Positions 44,933 to 57,160 are shown, counted from the first letter of the stretch. The stretch is DNA of 64,000 nucleotides from an uncultured Zetaproteobacteria bacterium (GCA_964613235.1 CAZTGM010000001.1:17143-81142), one strand, 5' to 3'. Made by a program: numbers and translations. Notes: a model not told the origin generated them from the sequence alone.

Positions 44933-47368
44933 TTAGTGCGCCATGGCGGATGAATCGTCCTGATAGATATCCAACGCTGCATTGGACGCAAAACTTGCGG
45001 CCATACTTACCCCGGACGGAAGCCGAGTCAAGGCATGTTCGAGCACCTGATCCATATGCTCCACGGCATGAATCTCAAGACCCTCCAGCACATCGGCTTC
45101 GATATCTTTCAGATCCTTAAGGTTCTCCTGTGGAATCACCACATCAGTTAATCCCCCGCGCTGGGCTGCCAGCAACTTCTCTTTCAGTCCACCAATCGGC
45201 AGAGCCTTGCCACGCAACGTAATCTCACCGGTCATACAGACATGACGCCTGACCGGGATAGTGGTCAGTGCAGACACCATTGATGTGGCCATAGCCAGTC
45301 CGGCCGACGGCCCATCCTTGGGAATCGCGCCTTCCGGCACATGCACATGGATATCCACCTTCTGATGAAAATCAGGCTTCAACCCCAGCTGCTTGGCCCG
45401 CGAACGCACATAGGTCAAGGCAGCCTGAATCGATTCCTGCATCACATCACCCAGCTGCCCGGTAATCGTCAGTTTGCCCTTGCCTGGCATCAGTGCCGTT
45501 TCAATCTGCAACAATTCCCCGCCAACTTCAGTCCAGGCGAGCCCCGTAACCACGCCCACCTGATCCTCCCGTTCGGCAATACCGAAACGGTATTGTGGTA
45601 CACCGAGATAGGCCTCGATATCGGCAGAGGAAAGGGTAATCGGCCGATCTTCCGATTTCGACACCCGAGCCAACGCCACCTTGCGGCAAATCTTGGCAAT
45701 CTGACGACTCAGATCGCGCACCCCGGCCTCGCGGGTATAATGCCGGATGATTTCCAGTACGGCATCATCTGCAATATTCAGATCCTCATCCTTCAGACCA
45801 TGATTCTTTTTCTGCGTCGGGATCAGATAACGGCAGGCAATGGCCAGTTTTTCATGTTCGGTATAACCAGACAGATGAATGATCTCCATACGATCCCTTA
45901 GCGGTGCCGGAATATTCAGGCTGTTGGCCGTGGTAATAAACATGACCTCTGACAGATCATAATCGACTTCCAGATAATGGTCATTGAAGGTGGCATTCTG
46001 TTCGGGATCCAGCACCTCCAGCAGCGCCGAAGACGGATCACCGCGAAAATCGGAACCCAATTTGTCGATCTCGTCCAGCAAAATCAGCGGATTCTTCACA
46101 CCGGCCTTTTTCATCGACTGAATCACCTTGCCCGGCAATGAGCCAATATAGGTGCGCCGATGACCGCGTATTTCGGCTTCGTCGCGCATACCGCCCAGGC
46201 TGATGCGCACAAACTCACGATGACTGGCACGGGCAATCGAACGCGCCAGCGAAGTCTTGCCGACACCCGGAGGACCGACAAAACACAGGATCGGCCCCTT
46301 CATTTTACGCACCAGCCGGAGTACAGCCAGGTATTCAAGAATGCGCTGCTTGACCTTTTCCAGACCATAGTGATCCGCTTCGAGAATGGCTTCCGCCTTC
46401 TTCAGGTCACGACACAAACGACTGCGCTTCTTCCAGGGGATTTCCGTCAGCCATTCAAGATAATTGCGAACCACCGTTGCTTCCGCACTCATCGCCGGCA
46501 TCATTTTCAGGCGCTTGAGTTCGGTTTCAGCCTTCTCCTTCGCTTCCCTGCTCAGGCCAACACTGTCAATCAGCTTGCCCAGCGTCTCAATATCGCCATT
46601 GCCCTCATCTTCACCGAGTTCTTTCTGAATCGCTTTCATCTGCTCATTCAGATAATACTCGCGCTGACTTTTCTCCATCTGCCGCTTGACCCGCGAACGG
46701 ATGCGCTTATCAATCTGCAGCACCTCGATTTCATCTTCCATATGCGCATACAGGCGTTCCAGGCGTTCAATTGAACCAGACATCTCCAGCAGTGCCTGCT
46801 TGTCGTCCACCGACAGATTCAGATGCGAAGCGATCGTATCAGCCAGCTTGGTCGGATCTTCAATGGCCGCCACGGAAACCATGACCTCCGGTGGCAGCTT
46901 CTTGTTCAGTTTTACATAGGACTCGAATTTCTGCACAACCGAACGCATGACGCCATCCAGTTCATCGGAAGCTTCTTCCTTCTCCTGCATGACCGAATAG
47001 CGTCCGTGCAAACAACCATCATGTTCAGCGATATCATCCACATGTACTCTGGGGCCACCCTCAATCAATACCTTAATCGTACCATCCGGCAATTTCAGCA
47101 ATTGCAGGATATTGCCCAAACAACCGATCATATACAGATCATCCATGGAGGGGTCATCCACAGCCGCATCCTTCTGCGTTACCAGCAGCACGGTCTTGCC
47201 AGCCTTCATGGCCAGCTCCAGCGCCTGCACGGATTTTTCACGCCCCACAAACAGCGGCACGATCATGTGCGGAAAAACGACAATATCCCGCAGTGGCAAC
47301 AGCGGTAGTTCACCCTGTTTTTCCACGCCAGCGGTATTGCCGCCGCTTTCATTAATCCATTCGGCCAA
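44933..47368 (-). CDS. lon: ATP-dependent protease Lon
   Basis: [37 protein letters not shown] and [19 protein letters not shown] (catalytic Ser) are present. It has a TTG start with AAGGAG 7 nt upstream. Confidence 0.95.
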   Translation of the reverse strand: MAEWINESGGNTAGVEKQGELPLLPLRDIVVFPHMIVPLFVGREKSVQALELAMKAGKTVLLVTQKDAAVDDPSMDDLYMIGCLGNILQLLKLPDGTIKVLIEGGPRVHVDDIAEHDGCLHGRYSVMQEKEEASDELDGVMRSVVQKFESYVKLNKKLPPEVMVSVAAIEDPTKLADTIASHLNLSVDDKQALLEMSGSIERLERLYAHMEDEIEVLQIDKRIRSRVKRQMEKSQREYYLNEQMKAIQKELGEDEGNGDIETLGKLIDSVGLSREAKEKAETELKRLKMMPAMSAEATVVRNYLEWLTEIPWKKRSRLCRDLKKAEAILEADHYGLEKVKQRILEYLAVLRLVRKMKGPILCFVGPPGVGKTSLARSIARASHREFVRISLGGMRDEAEIRGHRRTYIGSLPGKVIQSMKKAGVKNPLILLDEIDKLGSDFRGDPSSALLEVLDPEQNATFNDHYLEVDYDLSEVMFITTANSLNIPAPLRDRMEIIHLSGYTEHEKLAIACRYLIPTQKKNHGLKDEDLNIADDAVLEIIRHYTREAGVRDLSRQIAKICRKVALARVSKSEDRPITLSSADIEAYLGVPQYRFGIAEREDQVGVVTGLAWTEVGGELLQIETALMPGKGKLTITGQLGDVMQESIQAALTYVRSRAKQLGLKPDFHQKVDIHVHVPEGAIPKDGPSAGLAMATSMVSALTTIPVRRHVCMTGEITLRGKALPIGGLKEKLLAAQRGGLTDVVIPQENLKDLKDIEADVLEGLEIHAVEHMDQVLEHALTRLPSGVSMAASFASNAALDIYQDDSSAMAH

Positions 47369-47412
47369 ATTAAACTCCTTCAGACATATCGGGGCAGGCA
47401 GTCCGCGCCCTG

Positions 47413-48661
<1,249 letters not shown>

Positions 48662-48675
<14 letters not shown>

Positions 48676-49282
48676 CGACACCTCCGACTGCATCCGTTTG
48701 CGCACGCGATGTCAGCACCTGATCGATGATACCGTAATCGCAGGACTCGTCTGCGGTCAAGAAATAATCGCGCTCCACATCGTCATTGATCTTCTCGAGC
48801 GGCTGACCGGTATGCCCTGCCAGCATCTCATTCAGTCGTTCTTTCAGCTTGAGAATTTCACGTGCATGAATCTCGATGTCCGTTGCCTGCCCCTGAAAAC
48901 CACCTAATGGCTGGTGAATCATGATACGCGCATTGGGCAGGGCATAACGCTTGCCAGCAGCACCTGCCGCCAACAAATGCGCACCCATACTGGCCGCCTG
49001 GCCGATACACAGCGTCGAGACATCGCTGCGGATGTATTGCATGGTATCGTAAATGGCCAGCCCGGCCGTCACCAGCCCACCGGGGCTGTTAATATACAGG
49101 TAGATATCCTTGTCCGGCGCTTCCGATTCCAGAAACAGCAACTGGGCAATTACCAGATTGGCCACATGATCATCCACCGGGCCATTCAGGAAGATGATTC
49201 TCTCTTTCAGCAGTCGGGAATAAATATCGAACGAACGTTCACCCCGGGCAGTCTGCTCAACAACAACCGGTACCAGATTCAT
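48662..49282 (-). CDS. clpP: ATP-dependent Clp protease proteolytic subunit ClpP
   Basis: [37 protein letters not shown] (catalytic Ser) and MIHQPLGG are present. AAGGAG lies upstream of the ATG at 49282. Confidence 0.95.
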
Positions 49283-49323
49283 AATATCTCCTTGATCGCC
49301 ATCAGCCTCGCACATCGACAGGT

Positions 49324-50655
49324 TTAAGCCTGTTGTTCATGTTCTTCCTGCCAGGTCGAAAGGGTTTTCCTGATGCTTTTGGTCTTGGCCTGCGAGACAA
49401 TATAGTCAACACACTTACCTTCAAGCAAGCGTTCGCGAATGGACTCGCGCTGATCCTGCTGGCTGCTTACCCACTGTTTGAACTGTTGTTGCTGTTCTTC
49501 CGGATAGCGCGCTGCCTGATGCTCGATATCGGCATCGATCTCCGCATCGCTGACCTGAAGATCCCCTTGCTCGCGTACGGTCTGCAGCAAAATCGACAGT
49601 TTTAACCCCCGTTCGGAACGACGGCGAACTTCGTTTTTAAAGCTTTCGTCCTCAATCATTTCGCGCGTAACTTCCACGCCCTGCTGCTTCATGTTCTGCA
49701 GCACGCGCTGTGTGGTCTCGCGCATATCCTGCGCGACCAGCATTTCCGGCAAGTCGACAGGATTGGCTTCCAGCAGTGCATCCAGTGCCGCATTGGCCGT
49801 TGCATCACGCGAAGCCTGTTCTGCTTCCTCTTCCAGACGCTGTCTGACATCTTCACGCAAGGCTGCCTCATCATCAAAGCCAAGCATCTTCGCCAGATCA
49901 TCTGCATCTTCTGCATGCACCGGTGCTGCCACCGATTTCACAACCGTCTCAAAGCGTGCCTCTTTGCCAGCCAGATGCGCTGCCTGATACTCAGCCGGGA
50001 ATGTCACCTCGATAACGCAATCCTCGCCGGCCTTTTTGCCCAGCAACTGTTCTTCAAAACCGGGGATGAAACGCCCTTCACCCAGCACCAGCGCCACATC
50101 TTCGCCGCGCCCGCCATCGAACGGTTCACCATTCACGAAACCGACGAAATCGATATGCAGCTGATCGCCCTGCTCAGCGGCACGCTCTGCCTGAATCTCA
50201 TAACTCACCTGTGATTTCATCAGCCGCTCAATAACCGCATCGATATCCGCCTGTTCGACTTCAACCTCGGTCTTGTCAAACGTCAGCTTGTTCAGCGCTC
50301 CGACATCCACTTTTGGCCAGGTGGCAATCTTCATGGAAAAAACCAGCCCCTGGCCAGGCTGCAACTGCGGCATATCCAGCTCCGGCTGCACGGCCGGCGT
50401 CAATCCGGACTGTTCGATGATATCCGCATAATGCTTCTGCAACAGCTCGGATACCGTCTCATCGTGAATTTTGTCTCCCAGCTGTTTTTTCACCACAGCA
50501 GGCGGCACCTTGCCATGACGAAAGCCCGGCAACTTCACCTGCTGCGAAAGCTTTTTCAGCTGCTCGGCATAAACGGCATCGTACTCGCCCTGCGCAATTG
50601 CCACATCAATCCGATGCTCGCTGGAACCGAGCGCCTTGACTTCAGTTTGAATCAT
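49324..50655 (-). CDS. tig: Trigger factor
   Basis: [20 protein letters not shown]..., [10 protein letters not shown], an FKBP-type middle domain and tig-clpP-clpX-lon synteny all support the call. GGAGGA lies upstream of the ATG at 50655. The ORF-track extension to 50922 runs through two tRNA genes. Confidence 0.93.
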   Translation of the reverse strand: MIQTEVKALGSSEHRIDVAIAQGEYDAVYAEQLKKLSQQVKLPGFRHGKVPPAVVKKQLGDKIHDETVSELLQKHYADIIEQSGLTPAVQPELDMPQLQPGQGLVFSMKIATWPKVDVGALNKLTFDKTEVEVEQADIDAVIERLMKSQVSYEIQAERAAEQGDQLHIDFVGFVNGEPFDGGRGEDVALVLGEGRFIPGFEEQLLGKKAGEDCVIEVTFPAEYQAAHLAGKEARFETVVKSVAAPVHAEDADDLAKMLGFDDEAALREDVRQRLEEEAEQASRDATANAALDALLEANPVDLPEMLVAQDMRETTQRVLQNMKQQGVEVTREMIEDESFKNEVRRRSERGLKLSILLQTVREQGDLQVSDAEIDADIEHQAARYPEEQQQQFKQWVSSQQDQRESIRERLLEGKCVDYIVSQAKTKSIRKTLSTWQEEHEQQA

Positions 50656-50702
50656 GAATGTTTCCTCCAGAAAACGGATCCGACTTTGCGGATTCCCAGA
50701 TA

Positions 50703-50786
<84 letters not shown>

Positions 50787-50805
50787 GCATTGCATGCTGC
50801 CATGC

Positions 50806-50836
50806 AAAAAAGGGAGCAAGGCTTGCCTTACTCCCC
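50806..50836 (-). terminator. Terminator-like hairpin in the tRNA-Lys/tRNA-Leu spacer
   Basis: The minus strand reads GGGAG-T-AAGGC-AA-GCCTT-G-CTCCC followed by TTTTTTG. A second 7-bp hairpin, TTGCATG/CATGCAA, lies at 50790-50807. Confidence 0.45.
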
Positions 50837-50843
50837 TGTGATA

Positions 50844-50919
<76 letters not shown>

Positions 50920-50930
50920 CAACGCGGCGA

Positions 50931-50959
50931 ATCATAGGCATCGCTCATGGCACATGCAA
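50931..50959 (-). promoter_or_regulatory. Sigma70-type promoter for the tRNA-Lys/Leu (and probably tig) transcript
   Basis: The minus strand reads TTGCAT-N17-TATGAT followed by the GC-rich discriminator TCGCCGCG and then the tRNA 5' end about 11 nt downstream. Confidence 0.55.
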
Positions 50960-51009
50960 GATGTCATCATGTTCCTGCCGAATACAGGGCAAAGCATGCA
51001 TTTTATATA

Positions 51010-51825
51010 TTACTGTCCGGACACAGCATCTTCTGTTCCAGGCTCTTCTTCCAGTTGCTGCAAATATTCCCGCGCCAGTGCAGCATTCGGATTCGCCGGA
51101 TTGGAGGCCAGCCCGGAGAACAACCCTCGCAGTTGCGCCGGTTCGTCATACAGCATCAGCACATCCATTACCTGCATCTGCAATTCTTCATCCGTCGCTC
51201 CATAGACAAACGAACGCAGGTGTTCCAGCGTTAACGGTGGCTCTACCCCTAGCGAAGCAATCGCATCCAGCGCTGCCAGTTGCAGATTCCGGTTACCTGA
51301 TTGCAGGGCGTCCAGCAATTTCCGGAACACTTCGGCATACTGATCTTCACTGATATCCATATCGCCCAATTGCCTGAGCTTTTCGGCCTCATTATCCTGT
51401 ACTGGACTGCCTTGTCCGCCCATGCCGACCGATGAAATAGTTAACGCAATCGGTGCTCTGGCCCCCAGGGTGCGCTGAGCTCCATGGCCGCCAACCAGGA
51501 TAACCAGACGCTCTACCCATCCCTTATCGGAACGAATCACAGAAAAACTGACGGACTTTCCCAGCAAACGCTGCGGGGCCTTTTCAACCGGCAATCCATC
51601 GAAATCATCCTGCACCTGTCGTTTGTTCAAAGCGTCCCCACCGTAAATGACAATCTCAAAACCGGCCTTGCGGCCGATATCATTCAACAATGATTCCAGA
51701 TTCGTGGGCGAAACATGTACAGATAATCGCCCTTGCTCAAACTGTATGGCGGCCATGCCTGAAGAAACAAACTGAATCGAAAACACAAACAAAGCCAGTG
51801 CACAAAGGGTGTGACGTATTGACAT
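51010..51825 (-). CDS. Hypothetical secreted/periplasmic protein with an N-terminal STN-like segment and a C-terminal HEAT/ARM-like helical repeat
   Basis: The signal-peptide-like N-terminus is MSIRHTLCALALFVFSIQFVSSGMA. LSVHVSPTNLESLLNDIGRKAGFEIVIYG resembles secretin/TonB short N-terminal (STN) domains. The C-terminus has LQLAALDAIASLG-type repeats. The start is uncertain (51825 or 51855) and neither has a clear SD. Confidence 0.55.
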   Translation of the reverse strand: MSIRHTLCALALFVFSIQFVSSGMAAIQFEQGRLSVHVSPTNLESLLNDIGRKAGFEIVIYGGDALNKRQVQDDFDGLPVEKAPQRLLGKSVSFSVIRSDKGWVERLVILVGGHGAQRTLGARAPIALTISSVGMGGQGSPVQDNEAEKLRQLGDMDISEDQYAEVFRKLLDALQSGNRNLQLAALDAIASLGVEPPLTLEHLRSFVYGATDEELQMQVMDVLMLYDEPAQLRGLFSGLASNPANPNAALAREYLQQLEEEPGTEDAVSGQ

Positions 51826-51865
51826 GCCGGCATGGTAGGCAGAATTATACCCCATGTCATGACGA

Positions 51866-51894
51866 CAAAAAGGCACCCTTCGGGTGCCTTTTAA
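51866..51894 (-). terminator. Rho-independent terminator after tRNA-His
   Basis: The hairpin AAGGCACCC-TTCG-GGGTGCCTT (51870-51891) has a TTCG tetraloop and is followed on the minus strand by TTTTTG. Confidence 0.8.
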
Positions 51895-51898
51895 CAAA

Positions 51899-51974
51899 TG
51901 GGGTGGATGATGGGACTCGAACCCACAACCACCGGTACCACAAACCGGGGCTCTACCATTGAGCTACATCCACC
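51899..51974 (-). tRNA. tRNA-His (anticodon GTG) with the extra 5' G(-1), CCA encoded
   Basis: The reverse complement is GGTGGATGTAGCTCAATGGTAGAGCCCCGGTTTGTGGTACCGGTGGTTGTGGGTTCGAGTCCCATCATCCACCCCA. The anticodon loop is TTGTGGT. Confidence 0.93.
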
Positions 51975-51978
51975 ATCG

Positions 51979-52055
51979 TGGCGCGCCTGGCAGGGCTCGA
52001 ACCTGCAACCTACGGCTTAGAAGGCCGTTGCTCTATCCAATTGAGCTACAGGCGC
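51979..52055 (-). tRNA. tRNA-Arg (anticodon TCT), CCA encoded
   Basis: The reverse complement is GCGCCTGTAGCTCAATTGGATAGAGCAACGGCCTTCTAAGCCGTAGGTTGCAGGTTCGAGCCCTGCCAGGCGCGCCA. The anticodon loop is CTTCTAA. Confidence 0.93.
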
Positions 52056-52079
52056 CTACCAGACGTTGTCTCTCTTCGC

Positions 52080-52156
<77 letters not shown>

Positions 52157-52184
52157 TTTGACCGTTTGCGATGAGAGGCGGCGG

Positions 52185-52213
52185 AACATAGGCATATGGA
52201 AGCCTTACGTCAA
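52185..52213 (-). promoter_or_regulatory. Sigma70-type promoter for the tRNA-Pro/Arg/His operon
   Basis: The minus strand reads TTGACG-N17-TATGTT followed by the GC-rich discriminator CCGCCGCC. The tRNA-Pro 5' end lies about 28 nt downstream of the -10. Confidence 0.55.
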
Positions 52214-52353
52214 TCCCTGAATTTCCCGATCTTTCCATACCACAATGTAATCTTTAGCTTTACGCACTGTCGGACATCAAGAAAATTCGACCGATAACGC
52301 CATGACAAGCATCTTCACTGGCGCATAAATCCATTTATCGGAGCGTAAACGAT

Positions 52354-52908
52354 ATGAGTAACATCAAAATGCGCGGAACCACGATCTGTTGCGTGCGCAA
52401 GGGAGATCAGGTGGCCATTGCCGGCGATGGACAGGTCACACTGGGTGATACCGTCGTCAAACATGGCGCCCGTAAAATCCGCGCCATTCGTGAAGGCTGC
52501 ATCATCACCGGCTTTGCCGGCTCCACGGCCGATGCCATGAACCTGTTCGAGCGCTTCGAAGCCAAACTCGATGAACACGGTAGCAGCCTGTTAAGAGCCG
52601 CCGTCGCACTGGCCAAGGACTGGCGTACTGACAAATTCCTTCGCCAACTGGAAGCGATGATGATCGTTGCCGATGCGGAACATACACTGCTGATCTCCGG
52701 CAATGGTGATGTGCTGGAACCGGATGACGGCGTCGCGGCCATTGGCTCCGGTGGCAATTACGCCAAGGCTGCTGCAGCGGCACTGGTACGCAATACGGAC
52801 ATGGAAGCCGTGGATATCGTCAGAGAAGCCATGGCTGTAGCCGCCAACATCTGCGTCTATACTAATGATCATGTCCTGGTTGAATCCATTACGGGAGAAG
52901 CCGCATGA
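52354..52908 (+). CDS. hslV: ATP-dependent protease subunit HslV
   Basis: [33 protein letters not shown] and GSGGNYA are present. Eight residues (MSNIKMRG) precede the catalytic TT. Confidence 0.93.
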   Translation: MSNIKMRGTTICCVRKGDQVAIAGDGQVTLGDTVVKHGARKIRAIREGCIITGFAGSTADAMNLFERFEAKLDEHGSSLLRAAVALAKDWRTDKFLRQLEAMMIVADAEHTLLISGNGDVLEPDDGVAAIGSGGNYAKAAAAALVRNTDMEAVDIVREAMAVAANICVYTNDHVLVESITGEAA

Positions 52909-54248
52909 GTCACACCATGACCCCCAGAGAAATCATTTCAGAACTGGATCGTTTCATTATCGGCCAGCACGAAGCCAAGCGCGCTGTAGCCATTGCACTG
53001 CGCAACCGCTGGCGCAGACAACAGGTTTCTTCACCCATGCGTGAGGAAATCACACCGAAAAACATCCTCATGATCGGCCCCACTGGTGTTGGCAAAACAG
53101 AAATCGCCCGTCGCCTGGCACGCCTGGCCAATGCACCTTTCGTCAAGGTTGAAGCGACGAAATACACCGAAGTCGGTTATGTTGGACGTGATGTCGAAAC
53201 CATTATCCGCGACCTGGTGGATACGGCCATCAAAATCGTACGTGAAGAACACCTGGCCAAGGTCAAAATCCGCGCCGAAAAAGCAGCCGAAGACCGGCTG
53301 CTGGATATTCTGCTACCCCGCCCGGTTGGTAACAGCTCCGGCCCTGTAGCCACTGGTACACATCAGGCCAGCCATGACAGCCGTGAAAAGATGCGCGCCA
53401 AGCTCCGCCTGGGCGAACTCGATGAACGACAGGTCGAAATCGAAATTACACCTCAGGCCAGTTCCATACCTGTCATGCAGATTCTTTCCGGCCAGCCCAA
53501 TGAAGAGCTGGATCTGAAAGATATGTTCGGCTCACTGATGGGCGGAGGTAAAAAAACCAAGCGCATGACCGTCGCCGATGCACTGAAGGTTCTGCAACAA
53601 CAGGAAGCCGACCGCCTGCTGGATATGGATGCCGTCAAGGAGGATGCCATTAAACGTGCCGAAAACGATGGCATCGTCTTTCTGGATGAAATGGACAAAA
53701 TCACACACCGTGAAGGGCAACATGGCGATATTTCCCGTGAGGGAGTCCAGCGTGATCTGCTACCTCTGGTCGAGGGCACAACCGTGAACACGCGCTATGG
53801 CCATATCAAAACCGACCACATCCTGTTCATTGCATCCGGCGCATTCCATCTGGCACGCCCCAGCGATCTGATTCCGGAATTGCAGGGGCGCTTTCCCATC
53901 CGCGTCAATCTTCAGCCGCTTGGTGACGAAGAATTCCGACGCATTCTCGTTGAACCGGAATCATCGCTGACACGCCAGTATGCTGCATTGCTGCAGGCGG
54001 AAAATGTCACGATTACATTCAGCGATGATGCCATCAGCGAAATCGCCCGTATCGCTGTAACTGTTAATGAGAAAACCGAGAATATCGGCGCACGACGCCT
54101 GCACACACTGCTGGAACGTGTACTGGATACCATCAGTTTTGAAGCATCGGACCGGAGTCATGAGAATATCGTTGTCGATGGTGAATACGTACGTCAGCAA
54201 CTGGTGGATATCAGCATGGATGAAGATCTTTCCCGCTACATCTTGTAG
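52905..54248 (+). CDS. hslU: ATP-dependent protease ATPase subunit HslU
   Basis: [62 protein letters not shown] and the C-terminal DLSRYIL are present. There is an ATGA overlap with hslV. Confidence 0.95.
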   Translation: MSHTMTPREIISELDRFIIGQHEAKRAVAIALRNRWRRQQVSSPMREEITPKNILMIGPTGVGKTEIARRLARLANAPFVKVEATKYTEVGYVGRDVETIIRDLVDTAIKIVREEHLAKVKIRAEKAAEDRLLDILLPRPVGNSSGPVATGTHQASHDSREKMRAKLRLGELDERQVEIEITPQASSIPVMQILSGQPNEELDLKDMFGSLMGGGKKTKRMTVADALKVLQQQEADRLLDMDAVKEDAIKRAENDGIVFLDEMDKITHREGQHGDISREGVQRDLLPLVEGTTVNTRYGHIKTDHILFIASGAFHLARPSDLIPELQGRFPIRVNLQPLGDEEFRRILVEPESSLTRQYAALLQAENVTITFSDDAISEIARIAVTVNEKTENIGARRLHTLLERVLDTISFEASDRSHENIVVDGEYVRQQLVDISMDEDLSRYIL

Positions 54249-54367
54249 GTAAAGGCGCAAACATTACACATGGAACGTGTAAAAAACGTTCCCACCATTG
54301 AGTACCATGATGTTAAGATGTTCCCTGTCGCCGTAACGACAAAAAAACGTTAAAGCCGGAGGAAGCC

Positions 54368-54946
54368 ATGAAATATCCAGTACTTATTTCTGTTGCCATG
54401 CTGCTCGCAGCCTGCGCCACACCGCACCAGGAGCGCACAACAACGACAGGCGCCCTGATCGGTGCCACGGCCGGTGCAGTCATCGGCTCGCAAAGCGACC
54501 GCACTGCTGAAGGTGCAGTCATCGGCGGCGTCATCGGTGGTCTGGCCGGCGCAATCATCGGCGATGACCAGCGTGCAAGTGCCGCAGACCCTCGCTACCA
54601 CCGACGCAATTGCCCCGATGGCGAATCGTTCTTCCGGCGTGCACAACACGAACGCAATCTGCATGAAAAGATCGAACTGATGCAGCAGGGGATCCGTTAC
54701 TGTCCCAATAATCCGGCGGCCCACAATGACCTTGGCGTGGCATACATGCGTATCGGAAATCGTCAGCAGGCAGCCCGACACTTTAAGCGGGCGCTGCAAA
54801 TTGATCCCTATTATCAGCCGGCCCGTGCCAACCTGAACAGGCTGAATCGTGGCCATAAACATTATGACGATGATCATGGCAATCGCATCGAACGTCACCA
54901 TGGGAAACATGATGATGAGCATCATAAGGATTATTACGAAGACTGA
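54368..54946 (+). CDS. Lipoprotein with a glycine-zipper segment, a TPR unit and a His/Asp-rich C-terminal tail
   Basis: The lipobox is [16 protein letters not shown]. The glycine zipper is [14 protein letters not shown]...[17 protein letters not shown]. The TPR-like stretch is [36 protein letters not shown]. The tail is [31 protein letters not shown]. Confidence 0.7.
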   Translation: MKYPVLISVAMLLAACATPHQERTTTTGALIGATAGAVIGSQSDRTAEGAVIGGVIGGLAGAIIGDDQRASAADPRYHRRNCPDGESFFRRAQHERNLHEKIELMQQGIRYCPNNPAAHNDLGVAYMRIGNRQQAARHFKRALQIDPYYQPARANLNRLNRGHKHYDDDHGNRIERHHGKHDDEHHKDYYED

Positions 54947-54949
54947 TCG

Positions 54950-54980
54950 CACACAAAACGGGCCTGCCAGTGCGGGCCCG
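54950..54980 (-). terminator. Rho-independent terminator after rsuA
   Basis: The GC hairpin CGGGCC/GGCCCG (54959-54964 and 54975-54980) is followed on the minus strand by TTTTGTGTG. It lies between convergent genes. Confidence 0.55.
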
Positions 54981-54981
54981 G

Positions 54982-55716
54982 TTATGCCATGCCCTGCTCA
55001 ATCCATATCAGTAATTCTTTCTCATCCACGACCTGACATTCGCCCGGCGCCAGCTGTAACGCATCCAGTGTCAGTGCGCCGATGGCATGGCGGTGCAATA
55101 CCTCCACATGATTGCCGACAGCGGCAAACATACGCCGGACCTGATGATAACGGCCTTCAAACACGGTCACTTCCATCTCATGTTCACTCAAAGGCACCGC
55201 CTGTGCCGGCAGGCAGGGATCATCGTCCCCCTCCAATAGCAGACGACCGCTGGCAAATACATCGACTTCATCGCCTCGCAACGGACGCGCCAGCCTGGCT
55301 CGATAGGTCTTGCCGATGCCATGTTTCGGACTGGTCAGTTCATGATTCAGCTGCCCGTTATCCGTCACAATCAGTAGCCCTGATGTTTCCTTGTCCAACC
55401 TGCCGACACTGCTGAATGGCGGTTTGCGCTGTGACCAGCGCGGTGGGAAATCATCATAAATCAGCCTGCCCTGTTCACGATGCGAACAAACAGCACCGAC
55501 CGGCTTATGGTATATAACCGTCAGACCATCGGGATGATCCAGCGCTTCACCGTCGACACGCACGCATGCCGCATCCACCTTTTGCGATGCTGCATTCGCC
55601 GGCACACCATCCACCTCGATCAGTCCCTGCCGCACCCACCCGGCCACCTGTTTACGGCTGCCATAGCCCAGACGACTGAGCAAGCGATCAAGACGTTCTC
55701 GGTGTATTTTTCTCAT
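54982..55716 (-). CDS. rsuA: Pseudouridine synthase, RsuA/RluB/E/F family (probably 16S rRNA Psi516 synthase RsuA)
   Basis: An N-terminal S4 domain is present (RLDRLLSRLGYGSRKQVAGWVRQGLIEVDG). The catalytic motif is VGRLDKETSGLLIVTDNGQL. EGRYHQVRRMF is also present. Confidence 0.85.
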   Translation of the reverse strand: MRKIHRERLDRLLSRLGYGSRKQVAGWVRQGLIEVDGVPANAASQKVDAACVRVDGEALDHPDGLTVIYHKPVGAVCSHREQGRLIYDDFPPRWSQRKPPFSSVGRLDKETSGLLIVTDNGQLNHELTSPKHGIGKTYRARLARPLRGDEVDVFASGRLLLEGDDDPCLPAQAVPLSEHEMEVTVFEGRYHQVRRMFAAVGNHVEVLHRHAIGALTLDALQLAPGECQVVDEKELLIWIEQGMA

Positions 55717-56711
55717 CAGCCAACTCCGTATAGCACCTTGAAGCCCTGCTGCTGTACCAGTACATCGCAGCTTGCGCAGTGCTCACGCATAACCTGTTCA
55801 TAAGGCAACTGGCGATTGGCCACGACCCACAAGCGCCCGCCTGTACGCAGGCTGCGGCATGCCTGCGCAATAATTTTCCGGCCCAGTTCTGTCTGCCGCT
55901 GCAAACCGCGATGAAACGGCGGATTACACACAATCCAGTCCAGATTTGCCGGCAACGGTTCGCGTGCCGCATCCAGCCAGTGCAGACGGACATGATCCTG
56001 CCAGACCGCAAGATTGCGTTCGGCCATCACCAGCGCCTGCCTGTCCGCATCCAGCAAATGAAGCTGTATGATGCCTTTCATATCCTGCAGCAATGACGAT
56101 GCCAGTGCGCCATAGCCACAGCACAAATCCATGCCTTCCCCGCGCAAGTCATCGGGAAGCTGCTGCAACAACAAAGCACTGCCCGTATCGATACGATCCC
56201 AGCTGAACAGCCCTGGCCGCGTCCACAAGCCATGGCGTTCCGGACGCTGCGGCGCTGCGGCATCCCGCCATTGTTGCAGGACTTCCGGTTCACCGCTCCG
56301 GCGCAAAACCATGAGGCGGCACTTGGCGCGGCTGATATGACTGACCTCCCCCAGTTGCGCCAGCTGCTTGTGCAGGCTTTTGGCGCCACCACGATTGGAG
56401 GCCACAAGGGCCAACCATCCGCCTTCTGCAACATGCTCCCATGCCTCGGCTACGGCCCCCAGCATCTGCTGCCGATTTTTCAACGGCAACAACGCACACC
56501 AGTCGCAGCTTTGCGGCCAATGTTCAACACAAACGATACCCGCCTGCCGCAGCTCCAGCACATCGCTGCGGAAGCTCTGCATGCAATACACATCTTGCCG
56601 CTGCTGCAAATCGATCAGCAGCGGATGCATCTGTGCCTGCATGATCGTCCCCCGACCAGCCGGCTGCTGCAAAAGATAATCGTAGAGCAGCCCTGCCTCA
56701 GCCTGCATCAC
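55716..56711 (-). CDS. rsmC: rRNA (guanine-N2)-methyltransferase, RsmC/RlmG-like
   Basis: [12 protein letters not shown] (SAM motif I) and IVCNPPFH (the N-methyltransferase NPPF motif) are present, within a two-domain architecture. The start is GTG at 56711 or ATG at 56708. Confidence 0.8.
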   Translation of the reverse strand: MMQAEAGLLYDYLLQQPAGRGTIMQAQMHPLLIDLQQRQDVYCMQSFRSDVLELRQAGIVCVEHWPQSCDWCALLPLKNRQQMLGAVAEAWEHVAEGGWLALVASNRGGAKSLHKQLAQLGEVSHISRAKCRLMVLRRSGEPEVLQQWRDAAAPQRPERHGLWTRPGLFSWDRIDTGSALLLQQLPDDLRGEGMDLCCGYGALASSLLQDMKGIIQLHLLDADRQALVMAERNLAVWQDHVRLHWLDAAREPLPANLDWIVCNPPFHRGLQRQTELGRKIIAQACRSLRTGGRLWVVANRQLPYEQVMREHCASCDVLVQQQGFKVLYGVG

Positions 56712-57160
56712 TGATGCCCTGAACTACCGAACCCTCCTGCTCCGCGTTCCGTCTCCGTCAATTCCGCTACCTCTTGCCAGGCCGCCTGCATGCAGGACGC
56801 AATAACCATCTGCGCTATGCGGTCTCCGCGTTGAATATGAAACGGCACATCCCCCAGGTTGATCAGAATTACGCCGACTTCACCGCGATAATCGGCATCG
56901 ATCGTACCCGGCGAATTCAGCACACTGATGCCGTGTTTCAGCGCCAGCCCTGAACGGGGACGCACCTGGGCTTCAAAACCTTCGGGCAAGGCCATAGCAA
57001 AGCCGGTCGGAATCAGGCGCCGCTCGCCCGGCTGCAGCACCACGGATTCCTCCACAGCCGCTCGCAGATCCATACCGGCAGCCGCCGCACTGGCATAATG
57101 CGGCAACTGCAGCCCCTCGCCATGTGGCAATCGTTGTATTGCAATCACGGGTCCTTTCAT
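56708..57160 (-). CDS. dut: dUTP diphosphatase
   Basis: [31 protein letters not shown] and GGFGSSG are present. Confidence 0.95.
   Translation of the reverse strand: MKGPVIAIQRLPHGEGLQLPHYASAAAAGMDLRAAVEESVVLQPGERRLIPTGFAMALPEGFEAQVRPRSGLALKHGISVLNSPGTIDADYRGEVGVILINLGDVPFHIQRGDRIAQMVIASCMQAAWQEVAELTETERGAGGFGSSGHQ

Noticed and set aside
51899-51974. tRNA-His 3' end as an integration site, with the adjacent hypothetical gene as island cargo.
   Set aside because: I found no direct repeat of the tRNA 3' half downstream (50920-51010) and no integrase gene. The GC content of the gene looks native.
52300-52340. A sigma32 heat-shock promoter upstream of hslVU (CTTCAC ... CCATTTAT).
   Set aside because: The spacing between the -35-like and -10-like elements is too short, about 10-12 nt against 13-17. 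A sigma70-like alternative (TGACAA-N17-TAAATC) is also weak. Neither is good enough to call.
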